Below are positions 13,386 through 27,039 of a DNA stretch of 64,000 nucleotides, piece after piece. How positions within the stretch are numbered: the first letter of the stretch is position 1; each line of letters begins with the position of its first letter. The stretch covers positions 39,682,001 to 39,746,000 of the forward strand of contig NC_045697.1 in NCBI RefSeq assembly GCF_009834535.1, in the 5' to 3' direction. The notes below the pieces were generated by a model. That model worked only from the letters and a program-made list of their open reading frames with translations. It did not search any database and was not told the origin of the DNA. The stretch is from Camelus ferus. Taxonomy: Eukaryota. The position numbers were made by a program, and so were the translations under genes.

Positions 13386-15700
13386 GGGCTATTATCATCA
13401 GCATTGAGACAAAGATACGCTCTTACGTGGAAATCCAACAAGACATTTTGTATTGCTACAGAAAAGGAATTGTATTTCCCTCACCACAACTCCCCTCACC
13501 CTGTGATCCCTTGTTTGTATAAGTCAGAAACAGCGGGCATCTCCAGCCCTTTACAAATCAGTACTAACTGGTAAGCATGATTTTATGGAAACACCTGACC
13601 CATTCTCTTGGTCTGAAAAGTAAAATTCTGACTATTCTCAAAGCAATTTGCATCAAAACCTGTGTGCAGCTTTCTCCAAAAGATCTTTGCTGGCTAAATT
13701 CCCTCCCTCACAGAGCAGGAAAGACTCCTCTTAAGTCTACTCCCTGAAACATTTTGGGAGGTCCATATCTGCTCAGACACGTAAGAAGAATTAACTGAGA
13801 TGGCAGCTGAAACCAACATGGGAATGCCAAGTTCTGTGGAGGGAAGGAACAGAATAACCTTTGAACTGATTTCTAGGTCGTTTGGTGTCTTGAAATCTCT
13901 GTCTCAGGGTGTATTTTTAAACCCCTAAAAACTAGGCGTACCCTAGGGAGGAGACTTGCTGATTTTGGAAGCTCCTAATTAGTGTGCTACATTTCATCAA
14001 GCCTGTGGGCAAGGCAGAGACTGGGTGGGGTCTGGGGTCCTCCCCCAGGCCCTCATCAGCCCCAGAGGGGCAAAGTGGACGTGCCACTGCTCAGCCGGCA
14101 ACAGGGCAAGTTTTGGGTTCAGATGATCTGACGCTAGCATGAGTGAGGTGCTGCCCCCCATCACCTCGGCAACAGAAACTCCAGGTCTCATCTCCATACA
14201 ATCTGCCAGTGACTTGAACTTGAGAGTCCTTGAGTCTACTACACAAACATCCGAGCTCCTGGGAGCGCCCAGGCAGGAAAGGTCAGGAGACCCATTTTTA
14301 ACAAGAAGCCTCTGGCAGTGGCAGGCTGGTCCTGCTGGGACCACAAGCCAGTACCTAGTTGGCACTTGCTGTTGACCTTGGCCCTCAAGAGCTCCAGCTT
14401 CTTATGACACCGTGGGGAATGGGGTGTCATTTCTGAATCTGCTCTTTGGCTTTCTTTTTCTCCTAATCCTAACGAAACAGTGACTGGGAAAGACTTCTGG
14501 TTTAACATTTTCCTTCATCTGAGGAGTGTGTGTGTGTTCTTATTTAATTCCTCAGGAAGTTCAACACCAATGGGAGCTGAATCAATAATTACCAGAGATT
14601 GTATCCAACTCCCCTGGGATTAGGCCCCAGAAAATCTGCTTTCAAAAGATATGAAGACCATGTGATTGTGCCTCCTGCCAAGCATCCTGCCATTCTTGCA
14701 AGAAAAACAAAAAAGAAAAGCTGACATCTGAACTAATTTTCTCCATGCCACACACAGCTCAGGAGGACACATGCCATTAGTTTTAGAAGGAAATAAAGCA
14801 CCAAAGCCTGGATTAGCTAATCTGTGGGAGAGGCCGCTATTAATACAGATGCAAAGAGTCTGCCCACAGTGCGGTGGGCCCCTCCTCCAGCACCTGTTCT
14901 GTTGCCTGTCCCAGTTTCTCACTACACAAGTGAAAGTTGTTTCAGATGGACGCCCAAACCCACACCTGATTCGGTGTGGGCGAGCAGCCCTGCCTGTGTT
15001 TGAGTCCATCTGGGTTAGCATCCCAAAGAAAAGAGCTGTAGTCAGAGACTGACATCTGCCACACTCTTCGCAGGGCTCTGCTCTCAGGTGAGCTAATCCC
15101 TCTTTTACCTGGGTTGGAAAGGCATGGTGGTAGTTTCTGTGTCACATCTGACTGGAGAATTCCCTCGATCTAATCCACAGGAGAATTTCTGAAGCCAAGA
15201 GGACCTACTCTCTTCCTTGTCACAAGCCCCTCCTCAGCTTTGTGAGATACTGTTCCTGCAGGTAAGTCTGCAGATGGAGCCTGCCAATGGCACCTATCAA
15301 TGCTCCCCAAAAGTGTTCCTTAAAAATCAAGACATTCACAAACCAGAAGACTCATAACTGAAGCAACCTTGACTACTAACAAAGTAGTACAAAGGCAAGA
15401 CAGGCACCATGTTCTTGGATATTCTAGAGACTTAACAAACCATGTTCTTGGTTTAAAATCTGCTTGCCTCCATTTCTAGGAGCCAAGGAAAACTGGAGAC
15501 AACCAATATTTACATTTCTTTTTAAAAAGGAAATGATAAAATTCTGCAGATTAGCCTTGATTTTATTGACTTTCTCTTCCATGCTTGACCCTAACACAAA
15601 ATATTCTGAGTTACACCTCAGATCTGTACTGGTTCCTGCTGTATGCCCTCCTTCATTCCACCTTTATCTCCATCATCCAATGAACTGTGATTTGGCTGTA

Positions 15701-18700
15701 TTTTCCTTTTCCAGTTTTACAGAGATATGGTTGACATGTAACACTGTACATTTAAGATGTGCAACATGTTGGTTTGATCTACTAATATAATATAATGTAA
15801 TGCGAGTCCCATCATAGCATCAGCTAACACCTCCGTCACATCACATAATTATCATTTCTTTTCTGTAGTTAGAACATTTAAGAACTACTCTCAGCAACAT
15901 TTAAATTTGTAATATATTAACTGTAATTACCATGCTGTTCATTAGATCCATAGAATATATTCATCTTATAACTGGAAGTTTGTATCCTTTGACCCACATC
16001 TCCGCACTTCCACCACTCCCCAGCCCCTGGCAACTACCATTCTACTCTGTCGCTATGAGGTAGGCTTTTTAGATTCCATATAATAAGTGAAATCATATAG
16101 TATTTGTCTTTCACTGTCTGACTTAGTTCACTTAGCATGTTACTTTCAGAGTCCATCTATGTTGTCTCAAACAGCAGGATTTCCTTCTTATGACTAATAT
16201 TCCATTGTGTCGCACATACATAACATACATACACACCACAATTTCTTTATCCATTCATCCATTGACAGACCCGTTGTTTCCATCTTGGCTATTGTAAATA
16301 ATGCTGCAGTGAAGATGGGAGTGTATGTTCTCTTCAAGATCCTATTTTTATTTCCTTCAGATATATACCCAGAAGTAGGGTTGCTGAATCAGTTCTGTTT
16401 TTAATTTTTTGAGGAAACTTCATGTTTTCCATAGTGGCTGCATTAATTTACATTCCCATCAACAGCTCATGAGGGTTCTGCTTTCTCCACATCCTCACCA
16501 ATACTTACCTCTTGTCTTTTTGATAATAACCTTTCTAACAGGTGTGAGATGATCATCTCCTTGTGGTTTTGATTTGCATTTCCCTGATGTTCAGTGATGT
16601 CAAGTACCTCTTCATGTACCTGTTGACTGTGTATCTTATTTGAAAAAGTATCTATTGAGTCCTCTGCCCATTTTAAATCAGATTGTTTAGTTATTTTTGT
16701 TATTGAGTTTTATGAGTTCTTTATGTATTTTGGATTTTAACTCCTTATCAGATATATGATTTGCAGATATTTTCTCCCATTCCATAGGTTGCATTTTTAT
16801 CTGTTGATTGTTTCTTTTGCTGTGCAGAAGCTTTTTAGTTTGATGTTATCCCACTTAACCAGTTTTTGTTTTGTTGCTAGAGCTTTTGGTGTCATATCCA
16901 AAAAATCATTGCAAAGGCCAATGTCAAGAAGTCTTTTCCCTGTGTTTTCTTCTACGACTTTTAGTTTCAGGTCTTGTGTTCAAGTCTTTCATCTATCTTG
17001 AGTTAATTTTTTTGAGTAGTATAAGATAGGGGTCCAAATTTATTATTCTGCATTTGGTTATCCAGTTTTACCAACACCATTTATTAAAGAGATTATTCTT
17101 TCCCCAATGCGTATTCTTGGCTCCCTGTCAAATATTACTTACCCATATATCCAACTGTTTATTTCTAGGCGCTTGATTCCATTGCACTAGTCTATTTGTC
17201 TATTTCTATGTCAGCACCATACTATGTTAATTACTGTAGCTTTGTAGTATAGTATGAAACAGGAAGTATGATGCCTCCAATGTATTCATTTTCTCAGGAT
17301 TGCTTTGACTATTTGGGATCTTTTGTGTTTCCATACAAATTTTAGGATTATTTTTTCTATTTCTGTGAAAAATGCCATTGGGATTCTGATAGGGATCACA
17401 CTGAATCTACAGATGGCTTTGGTTGGTATGGACATTTTAACAATATTAACTTTTCCAATTCATGAACATAGGATGTCTTTCCATTTCTTTGTGTCTTCAA
17501 TTTTTCAAATCAAAGTCTTGTAGTTTATAGTGTAAAGATCTTTCACCTCCTTGGTTAAGTTTATTCCTAAATTTTTTTTATTGAAGTATAATTAATTTAC
17601 AATGTTGTGTTAGTTTATGGTGTACCTCAAAGTGATTCAGTTACATATATACATTCAAGTGTGTGTGTATATGTGTATATATATTCTTTTTCATATTCTT
17701 TTCCACTATAGGTTATTACAAGATACTGAATAAAGTTCCTTGTAGGCCCTTTGTTGTTTATCTATTTTATATGTAGTAGTTTGTATCTGCTTATCTCAAA
17801 TAGCCTAATTTATCCTCCCCCCACTTCCCCTTTGGTAGTGGTAAGTTTGTTTTCTGTATCTGTGAGTCTGTTTCTGTTTTGTAAATAAGTCCATTTGTAT
17901 ATTTTAGATTCCACATGTAAGTGATACCATAATAAGTGAAGTAAATCAGATGAAGACAAATACTGTATGGTATCATTTATATGTAGAATCTAAATATTGT
18001 TTTCATGTTATTATGAAGGGGATTTTTTTTCTTTTTCAGATACTTGTCAGTATACAGAAATACAACTGATCTCTGTACATTAATTTTCTATCCTATAATA
18101 TTACTGAATTTATTGATTAGCTTTAGCTTTTCTTGTTGGAGTCATTAGGAATGTTTATATGTAAAATCATATCATCTGCAAATAAAGACAATTTTACTTC
18201 TTCCTTTCTGACTTAGATGTCTTTCTTTTTCTTGTCTGATTTCTTTGTTTAGGATTTCCAGTACTATGTTGAATAAGAGGGGTAAGAGTCATCACCCTTG
18301 ACCTGTTTCTGATCTTAGAGGAAAAGTTTTCAACTTTGGACCACTGAGTATAATGTTAGCTGTGAACTTACCATATATTATGTTGAAGTATGTTCCCTCT
18401 TCCCAACTTGTTGAGTTTTTATCATGAAAGGATGTTCTTTTGTCAAATGTTTTTCTGCTTCTGTTGAAAGGATATGATTTATTTTTCATTCTATTAATGT
18501 GGTATATCACATTTACTGATTTGCATTCATTGACCCATTCTTGTATTCCAGGGATAAATGCTGCTTAACCATGATATACGATTGTTTTAATGTGCCTTTG
18601 AATTCAGTTTGCTACTATTTTGTTGTGAATTTTTGCATCAGTATTCATCAGAGATATTGGTCTGTAGTTTTCTATCCTTGTAGTATCCTTATCTGGCTTT

Positions 18701-21700
18701 GGTACCAGGGTTATCCTGGCCTCATAAAATGAGTTTGGGAGTGTTCCCTCCACTTTCATTTTTTGAAAGAGTTTTAAAAGGTTGGCATTAATTCTTCTTT
18801 AAATGTTTGGTAGAATCCACCAGTGAAACCATCTGGTCTAGGGCTTTTCTTATTGGGAGCGTTTTTGATTATTGTTTCCATCTCCTTCCTCATTATTGGT
18901 TTGGAGTTTTAGTTGTGTCATGATTCAGTCTCGGTAGGTTGTTTGTTTCTAAGGATTTATCAGTTTCTGCTAGGTTTCCCAATTTGTTGTTCATGATAAT
19001 CTCTTACGATCCTTTGTATTCTGTATCCACTATAATGTCTCCTCTTTCATTTATAATGTTATTTATTTGAGTCTTTTTTTTCTTAATTTAGCTAAAAGTT
19101 TGCCAATTATGTTTATCTTTCAAAAAACCAGCTCTTAATTTCATTGATCTTTTCTATAGTTTTTCAGGTCTCTATTTCATTTATTTATGTTCTCATCTTT
19201 ATTATCTCGTTGCTTTTGCTAATTTTAGGCTTAGTTCTTTCTTTTCTAGTTGTTTGAGGGGTAAAATTAGGTTGTTTGAGATCTTTTTTTTTTCTTGATT
19301 GGACAGTTATTGATAGAAAATTCTCTTAAAACTGCTTTTCCTGCATCCCATAGGTTTTTGTATGTTGAGTTTCCATTTTTGTTGGATTCAAGATTTTTAA
19401 AATTTTCCTTTTGATTTCTTCTTTGACACATTGTTTGTTCAGAAGTGTGTTGTTTAATTTACACATATTGGTGAATTTTTTAGCTTTCTTCTTGTTAATG
19501 ACTTCTGATTTCATACCATTGGGGTTTGAAAAGATACTTGGTATGATTTCAGTCTTCTTAAATTTGTTAAGACTTGTTTTGTGACCTATTAGATAACCTA
19601 TCATGGATACCATTCCATGTACATTTGAGAAGAATGTGTATTGTTGGAGGGAATGTTCTGTATATATCTGTTTGACTCATTTGGTCTCAAGTATGGTTCA
19701 AGTCCAATGTTTCTTTGTTGATTTTCTGTCTGAAGGATCTATCCATTGTTAAAAGTGGAATATTAAAGTCTCTATTATATTGTTGTGTGTTTATTCCTTC
19801 AGATCTGTTAGTATTTTCTTAATATATTTAGGTTACTATATTTAGCTCCAATGCTAGGTGCATATATATATTTACAACTGTTATAACTTCTTGATAAATT
19901 GACCCCTTTGTCATTATATGACCTTCTTTTTCTCTTGTTACCACTTTTGGCTTAAAGTTTATTATGTCTGATATAAGTATAGCTATCCCTGCTTTCTTGT
20001 GGCTTTCATTTGCATGAATATCTTTTTCTACACCTTCACTTTGAGCTTATGTGTGTCCTTAAAGCTGAAGTGAGTCTCTTGCAGGCAATATATAGTTGAG
20101 TTTTGGGTTTTTTAATCAATTTAGCCACTCTTTGTCTTTTATTTGAGAATTCAGTTCATTTAAATTTAAAGTAACTAATGATAAAGACTTACTAATGCCA
20201 TCTTACTGTTTTCTGGCTATTTTGTAGTCCCTTTGTTGCTGTCTTCCTCTCTTGCTGCCCACATTTATGAGTTGATGATTTTCCATAGTGATACGTCTTA
20301 ATTTCCTTGTCTTTATCTTCTGCGAATCTACTGTTTTTGCTTTATTACTAGGAGACTTACATAAAACATCTTATAGATATAATAGTATATTTTAGGCTGA
20401 TAATTTAACTTTGATTGTATATAAAAATTCTACTCTTTTGCTTTCCCTCTTATGTTTTTAATGTCACAATTTACATACATACACAAAATACATTTTTATA
20501 TTATGTATTCACTAGCAAATTATTGTAGCTAAAGCTTTTTTAAAAATACTTTTGTCCTTTAACCTTTATACTAAAGTTAAGTGATTAACACACCACCATA
20601 TTACAGTAGTAGAGTATTAGGAATCTAACTGTATACTTACCTTAACCAGTGTGTTGTGTATTTTCATATGTTTTCACGTTACTAATTGGTGTCCTTTCCC
20701 TTCAGCTTGAAGAACTCCTTTCAGCATTTTTATATAAAGTCTAGTAATGAACGCTCTCAGTTTTTGTTTGTTAGGGAAAGTCTTTTATCTCACCTTCATT
20801 TCTGAAGGACAGCTTTGCTGGGTTCTTGGTTGGCAGGTTTTTTTTCTTTCTTTCAGTACTTGAATATATCACTCCATTCTCTCCTGGATGCAAGGTCTCT
20901 ACTGGGAAATCTGCTGATAGCCTTATGAGAAAAGATCATTTTAGAATGAAATTTTGGAGTAAGCTATTAATTTCATGAACTTGGAAGTCCATATTTCTCC
21001 CAGGTTTGAGAAATTCTCAGCCATTATTTCTTTAAATAAGCTTTCTACCTCTTTCTCTGTCTCTTCTCCTTTTGTAACTCCAATAATATGTACATTGTTT
21101 CTCTTAACAGGGTCTCCTAAGTCCTATAGGTGTTCTTCAGTCCTTTTCATTCTTTTTGCTCCTCTGGATAATTTCAGTTGATCTGACTCACTGAATCTTT
21201 CTTCTTCATCTTCAAGTCTGATGTTGAAGCTCTCTACTGAATTTTTCAATTCAGTCATTGTATTCTTCAGCTCCAAAATTTCTTTTTTAGATTTTCTGTC
21301 TCTTTGATGTACGTCTTATTTGTTCTTGTCCTATTTTCCAGATATGATTAAATTGTTTGTTCTCTTGTAGTTCTCAGAGCATCTTTAGACAATTTTCTTA
21401 AACTATCAGGCAATCCTGGATCTCTGTTTCTTTAGGGCCAGTTACTGGAGGTTGACTGTATTCCTTTGATGGAGAGGTCTCCCTGATTCTTCATGATCCC
21501 TGTAGCCTTGCATGAGTGTCTGCATTTCAAGAAGCAGTCATCTCTTACAGACATTATGGACTGACTTTGGTAAGTAAAGACTTTCACACCTACAAGGGTT
21601 GGAGAGGGAGTGGGCACACTGCAACATGCTGTGACCCAGGTCTAGTGGTGCAGGGTACCAAGTGTGGGGGCATGTGGCAGCAAGGGGTCCAAGAGGCATG

Positions 21701-22835
21701 GTCTCTCTTTGGCTCAGGTTGCTGGGGTCTACAGCATCAACTGTGTGGTCCTTGATGAATGCTGCAGGGAGTCTGCAAAGGCTACAGTGGCTGTTGGGGT
21801 TCTGAGCAGCACCTCTAGATCCAGTGACTGGAACAGGCAGTGGTGGTGGCCGATGCCTGTGGTGTGTACACAACTCAGCTACAGGGGTCAGCTATACGTA
21901 CCTATGTAGTGGCTGGGGCCAGTTGCAGGCATGCACCTAGTGGTGGGTGCCAGGGCAGGCAGCAAAGGCCAGGGCCAGCTGCAGGCACCCTGGCAGCTAC
22001 AAGAGCCCCTAGCTATCTGCATGCTCTCCTGTGGCTGCGGTCTCCCCCTAGGTGTGCACACAGCAGTGGGAGCCAGTGACAGGTGTCAGGCTGGCAGTGT
22101 GCAAGTGCACAGCTGAAGGGGCTTGCCCCAAATGCACACATGGCGATGGGGCATCTAGGTTCATGTCTTATATTCACAAAGAGGCCTGGGCTGGCTGTTG
22201 GTGCAGTACCTGGGCTCTAGCAGGGGCCAGATCAGGGCAGGGAGAAAGTAGGCAGGACTCAGGTGGCTGATGCCAGCGAATGCAAATAACTGTGGGTGAA
22301 AGCTGGTGAAATCTGCAGGGAGTCCATGATGGCTGTGCTGTCTCTCGTTTTCTTCAGTGGTGAAAGCTGCTGGATATGTCTTAGAGCAGGTGTCTAGAAA
22401 CCATAGTAGCTTCTGCTGTGTGCCTGCTTCTGGTAGCTCCCACTTTTCTTCCTTGTTCCATCTCTGTGTGTCTCAGCTTTGCCAGTCTCTGGGTGGGGTA
22501 AATCTGAAGTGGCACCTTCATGTGGTGCCCCAAAAGGCTGGGGAAGCTAGTCACTCACCCCACTCCCCCTTTCCTAGTGAAGGGTCCTCTATCTAGCTGG
22601 GAGCTCCCTCTTGGTGCTGAGCAATGCTAGTTTTGGGGACAGGATGATGCAGGCAGAATGAAGCTGCCTTCCCCTTTTTGTATGGTTAGTCTCAGGGATT
22701 TTTGGTTCCACTGCAGTGCTGAAGTTTCTTAAGTGCACACCGGTGCTCTGTTTATATATAGCTGTCTAATTGTCGATCTTTGTAGGGTGATGGAGGCTGG
22801 GTATCCTACGTTGCCATTTTGATGATGTCACCTCC
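15701..22835 (-). mobile_element. Near full-length decayed LINE-1 (L1MA-like, ~7 kb)
   Basis: L1 3' end at the left; minus-strand ORF remnants resemble ORF2 RT (18292-18510, IYHINRMKNK...TFPLRSETGQG) and the endonuclease end (19326-19613, IGHKTSLNKFKKTEIIPSIFS...KLNNTLLN); GC-rich 5' region at 21600-22830; many stops and frameshifts. Confidence 0.92.
17572..17993 (-). mobile_element. Younger L1 3' fragment with 5' inversion, nested in the older L1
   Basis: Poly-T then antisense L1 3'UTR to 17930, followed by a sense L1 segment at 17931-17993; host L1 resumes after CTAAAT, which also precedes the insert. Confidence 0.8.
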
Positions 22836-23399
22836 AGTCCTGCAACTCAGGAGCAGCCAGATGGAAGGTATGCGGGAAAGGGCATGGAGCTGTGATGCCC
22901 TCTTCAGGCACACCACGCTCCCAGTACCTCCACACGTTCTCCAACCTGGAAGCTACTGTTAGGCCATCACTTCCAAACTATGGTCTGGGAGAAGTTAACA
23001 GATACTTAGCTGACCACTGAATGCCAACAGAGACCCCGTACTCAATGACAACAGCTCCAATGAGACCTACTGCGGATGCTACAGGAACAGCACACCTGAT
23101 CCGTATTTTAGTCCCACAGTCATAGAACTGCCTTACTGAACTGTACAGTGGCAGGAAAACAAAGCTCCCTGCAGCGTCTCTGCAGATGGGTGGTCAAGGA
23201 AGTGACCTGCTACATCATGATGTCTCTTTCATTTGGCCACTAGGCAACCTCATCTCTAGTGACCCATTTCTAGTCAAATTTGCTGCCCACCTCTAGCAGC
23301 TTGGCACAGTACAGATTAATGGTCCATGTCCCACCACTCTGACAGTGAACAAATTTTCTCTAAACATTCATTTTTTCATGTGAAAAATTAGGGTAAGAA

Positions 23400-23600
23400 T
23401 AGTAATTTTAGTTACTGAGAGTTTGTTACATGCTAGGCACTGTCCCACATGCTTTCCCTTAATTAATTAACTTAATTCTCATTAACAACTCCATGAGGTA
23501 GGCACTATTTCTATTCCCATTTTCAATAGGAAGAAAATGAGGTGCAAGAGGTTAAGTAACCTGCCCAAGGCCACACAGCTGGTAAGTGGTCGAGCCAGGA
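23400..23600 (-). mobile_element. MIR
   Basis: 'cccattttcaataggaagaaaatgaggtgcaagaggttaagtaacctgcccaaggccacacagct' is an antisense MIR core. Confidence 0.8.
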
Positions 23601-23874
23601 GGGCAGAGGTGGCAGTTAAACTGATTAGTGCATAGATAATGCTCAGCGCAGGGTCCAGCGCACAGTCAGTACCTGGTGGTGATTATGACAGTTAAAACCT
23701 TGGTGCCTATTTCTGTGCTTTAATCTTAGACACAGCTTGATTCTTCTCACCCCTGTGGCAGAAAGGCCCACACATTTGTTCTCTCTGGTTCAGTGTCAGC
23801 TATGACCACGTTCCTCCTAAGACTTCAGTAAGTTACCAGCTCTATTGTTATGATTCCTGCAAGTCTGATCTCAA

Positions 23875-24030
23875 AGAGTTGGGGCAAATCTTTCTCCATT
23901 AAGGGCCACGTATTAATATGTTAGGCTGTGTAGGCCAGACAACTGCTGTCATGTATCTCTTTTTTCTTTTTTTATATTTTAAAAATATAAAACCTATTTT
24001 AGCTCATGGGCTATAGTTTGCCAACCCCAG
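23875..24030. mobile_element. MER58-like DNA transposon
   Basis: Degenerate termini 'gagttggggcaaa...tagtttgccaacccc' resemble MER58. Confidence 0.6.
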
Positions 24031-25329
24031 CTCTCCAAGGTTATTAATACAGAACTAGTCTAGTCATCAAAAAGCTTTCACATGGAAATGGAGCTATCAG
24101 AATTGGCTACATTGCCTGGTTACACTTTCATTGAATCCCACCTACTGCCTTATTTTAATGAAATTATTTTTTCATTAAACTGGTACATTTATGAATACAG
24201 TGGAGAAACTTCCAAATGTCTACAGGCGAGGAAGGTAAGTAAATCTAGAAATGCCTATCTAGAATCTTCCAAAACTAAGTGATGAAGGGAAAAGAGGAAA
24301 ATATGCCAGAAAAAAATCATTTTTAGAAAACTTCACTCATGCAACAAATATCTGGAAGAATTTATTGAGCATATCTATGTGCAGGCACTGCTTTTGGTGA
24401 TGAGATTTTAGAATTTCAGAGCTCAAAGGGACCTTAGAAATTATCTGGTCCAAACTCCTTATTTCATGGATGAGGATTCTGGAGGCCTAGAAATTTAAAT
24501 GGAACAGGCTTTTTTGTCCCTCAAACTTTTAGCACATATATATGCTATTAAGTGTTTGTTGAACGGAACTTAATGGTTTAAAGGTGGTAAAGAGAACAGT
24601 AGCTTTCCATTACTAACAGTACATTACAGTACAGTATATAGTAATTATTTTTAAATTTTTTTGAAAAAAAGTTTTTTGCTGTGAACAAGTGAGGTAAGCA
24701 TCAGCTGTTAGATTAGTAAGTCTTGGATTCAACTTTAATTTCTCCTTTTCCCTTAAGGCTCTCGTCGCCCCCTCCCCTTTCTCCTGTCCACACATCTGTT
24801 TACACTGCTCTCAGTTGCTGTCTTTCTGCTCTGTCCTCCTCATTCCAATTCCTCCACATGTATCCCCCATCCACGTTTCCGTCTTAAAACCAGGCTCAAG
24901 TCATATCACTGCCTCCTTCCTCTACCCCGAGGTTCTGAACATTTGGACGTTTCAAGGCCTTAGCCTGGTTCCTCAGCCCCAAACCTGCCTTCTTTCTCCC
25001 CAGTCATACTTACCATTATTCTGTTTCCTCTGATGCTCCCTTCAAATTGTTCCTGGCCTTTCTCTAAATACGCTCCCACTTCAAGCCCTTGCTAAGGCCT
25101 GCCCCTCCACGGGAAATGCCTTGTCACCTGTCACAAGCTTCTGGAATCCTATCCATTCTTAATGCCACCTGCTCCTCTACCCTGCTTTCCTCTTCATTTC
25201 CCCGGCAGTTCTCCTTTCTCGTGGCAGGAACGAAATTTGATCTTCTATTAGATTTACTTGGGTAGATGATGTAATTCTTCTACTGAAAGCAAACTACCTA
25301 TTTAGCAGGTACAAGAAGAAACAGTTCTG

Positions 25330-26830
25330 GTTACATTAAAACACCAAATTTATTGCATAATATTGAACTATATGCACACACATAGAAAATAAACATTTCA
25401 TATAACTGTATATCTTTTTTAATCTTGTATTATAAAGACTGAAAAACTACCAATTTAGCAATTGGAATAAATTTTAAAAACCAAAAGAAAAAGCAAAAAT
25501 CTACAGTCCTTCATTGAGATTTGATGCTGACTCACGGTTCATAAATACTTCATTTTATATAAATAAGTTTTTTTCTCTAGTGACTAGGAATTTAAAATTA
25601 GGCTGACATGGATTCTTTGCTCATGTAGAATTTCCTTACCCCGGATGAAGGTTGAGCATGTCATGATTTCGGAGATACACATATTTGCTTTAAACACAAC
25701 CCCCTGAAATCCCATTGTAAACAAACATTTCAAATGCAATAAACAAAAGTTCCATAATGAAGAATGTCCTTAAGTCTTAGCAGTTAGGGAAAAGGGGAAA
25801 AAAAAATCTGAGTAGAAACTTTGCAGTTTAAATAGAAATAAAAAAACAGACCACATGCATCCACTAGATGGAGAGGAGGGGAGCATGAAGTCAGGTCACA
25901 AAGATGGGGACGGAGTGAAGAGGGCAGTGGGGAGACGAAGTAGTAGAGACATAAAGTGATAGGGAAAGGGGACAAGAAATTTATTATTTCTACTTTTCTG
26001 GGAGAAAATATTCCTTAAAAAATTAATGCAACTTGCTTCAAAGCAAAATAATGGAAGGGTTGGGAGCCTGCCACCTCATCTTATCGTCAGAAGGACTTGG
26101 CGGAGCAACCAAACAAAATTCAGCTCAGCTGCGAAGCTCTGCACACCTTTAAGGAGGGCCAGGAATAGGCAGAGCCATAGGGAGATGGCTTGTCCCTCGA
26201 GAAGTTTTTTTTTTAAGCAAGGCGTGTTTATCAGAGGGCTCCCATCAGTTCTCCAGAGTTCCACCAAAGTAATGGACCCAGATTCAGCTTGTTGGACTTA
26301 ACAATTTCTGAAGTAGTCCTTTCTTTCCTTTGTCCTTAGGGCAGGGCTGCAACAAGCCAGGAGCATTTCCAAGGCTGCAGAGAAAGGAGACATTCTGCAT
26401 GTGCAGGTGAGAAAGGACGGATAATCAAATCATTCTTGCAGAGGAATGAGAAGTTAGACGAAGGACAAGGAAGCATCGTGAGGAAAGATCAGGGCTGAGA
26501 GAGACACTGGGGAAATGTAAGTTTAAAAATCCACTGCCATTTTATCCAGCAGAGTGCAACACAGCCACAAGTGCAAGGAATACGGGCTAATTTGGTTTAA
26601 AAACAAAAACCCCTCCCACACAAGAGCCAATTTTTCACCCCATCCCCAGCCCCTGATTTTTCAAAAAGGTTCCTGCTTACCACCCCAGAAAACCATCAAC
26701 CAGGTTCAGGAGTCACAAGTCCCAACCCACTTATGCAATAGAAAAATAGAACTCACGCCCATGATTTTCTATATGGGCCTCAAGGTGGACGCTGAGGAAG
26801 GAAGGGAAATCTAGGGCAAGCTGGGGAGCC
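25330..26830 (-). other. HERC3: HERC3 3'UTR
   Basis: Lies between the stop codon and the AATAAA at 25349-25354. Confidence 0.8.
25349..25354 (-). terminator. HERC3: HERC3 poly(A) signal
   Basis: TTTATT (AATAAA on the minus strand) at the end of a ~1.5 kb AU-rich, repeat-free block downstream of the HERC3 stop. Confidence 0.8.
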
Positions 26831-27039
26831 TCAGGCCAAGCTGAACCCCTCGTAGTTGTCCAGGGCCTGGGTCAGCCGTGCACTCAGGACCTCTTTGCTG
26901 CTGTATTTGGGGAGGTCAAGAAGGTTGTAGCAAGTGTGGGCCACAGGCAAGTACTCCTCCCCGCTGGCTGTGGACTGGATGACGATCTGCAGGCTGGCCA
27001 TGCCGTAGATGGGAATCCGATCACTACCCGTCAGGAACA
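26831..27039 (-). CDS. HERC3: HERC3 terminal exon (HECT C-lobe, catalytic Cys)
   Basis: Acceptor ctccacag|; encodes (L)FLTGSDRIPIYGMASLQIVIQSTASGEEYLPVAHTCYNLLDLPKYSSKEVLSARLTQALDNYEGFSLA*; Cys of the HTC motif at 26930-26932. Confidence 0.98.

Noticed and set aside
21432..22596. Cluster of overlapping 60-110 aa ORFs
   Set aside because: They fall in the GC-rich 5' region of the decayed L1.
6442..25330. Orthologue of the human FAM13A-AS1 lncRNA between HERC3 and FAM13A
   Set aside because: Cannot be supported from sequence alone; I identified no exon structure.
25861..25874. CTCF-like CCACTAGATGGAGA in the HERC3 3'UTR, with a similar motif at ~6636
   Set aside because: Lacks the conserved GGC core at the 3' end; a partial match only.
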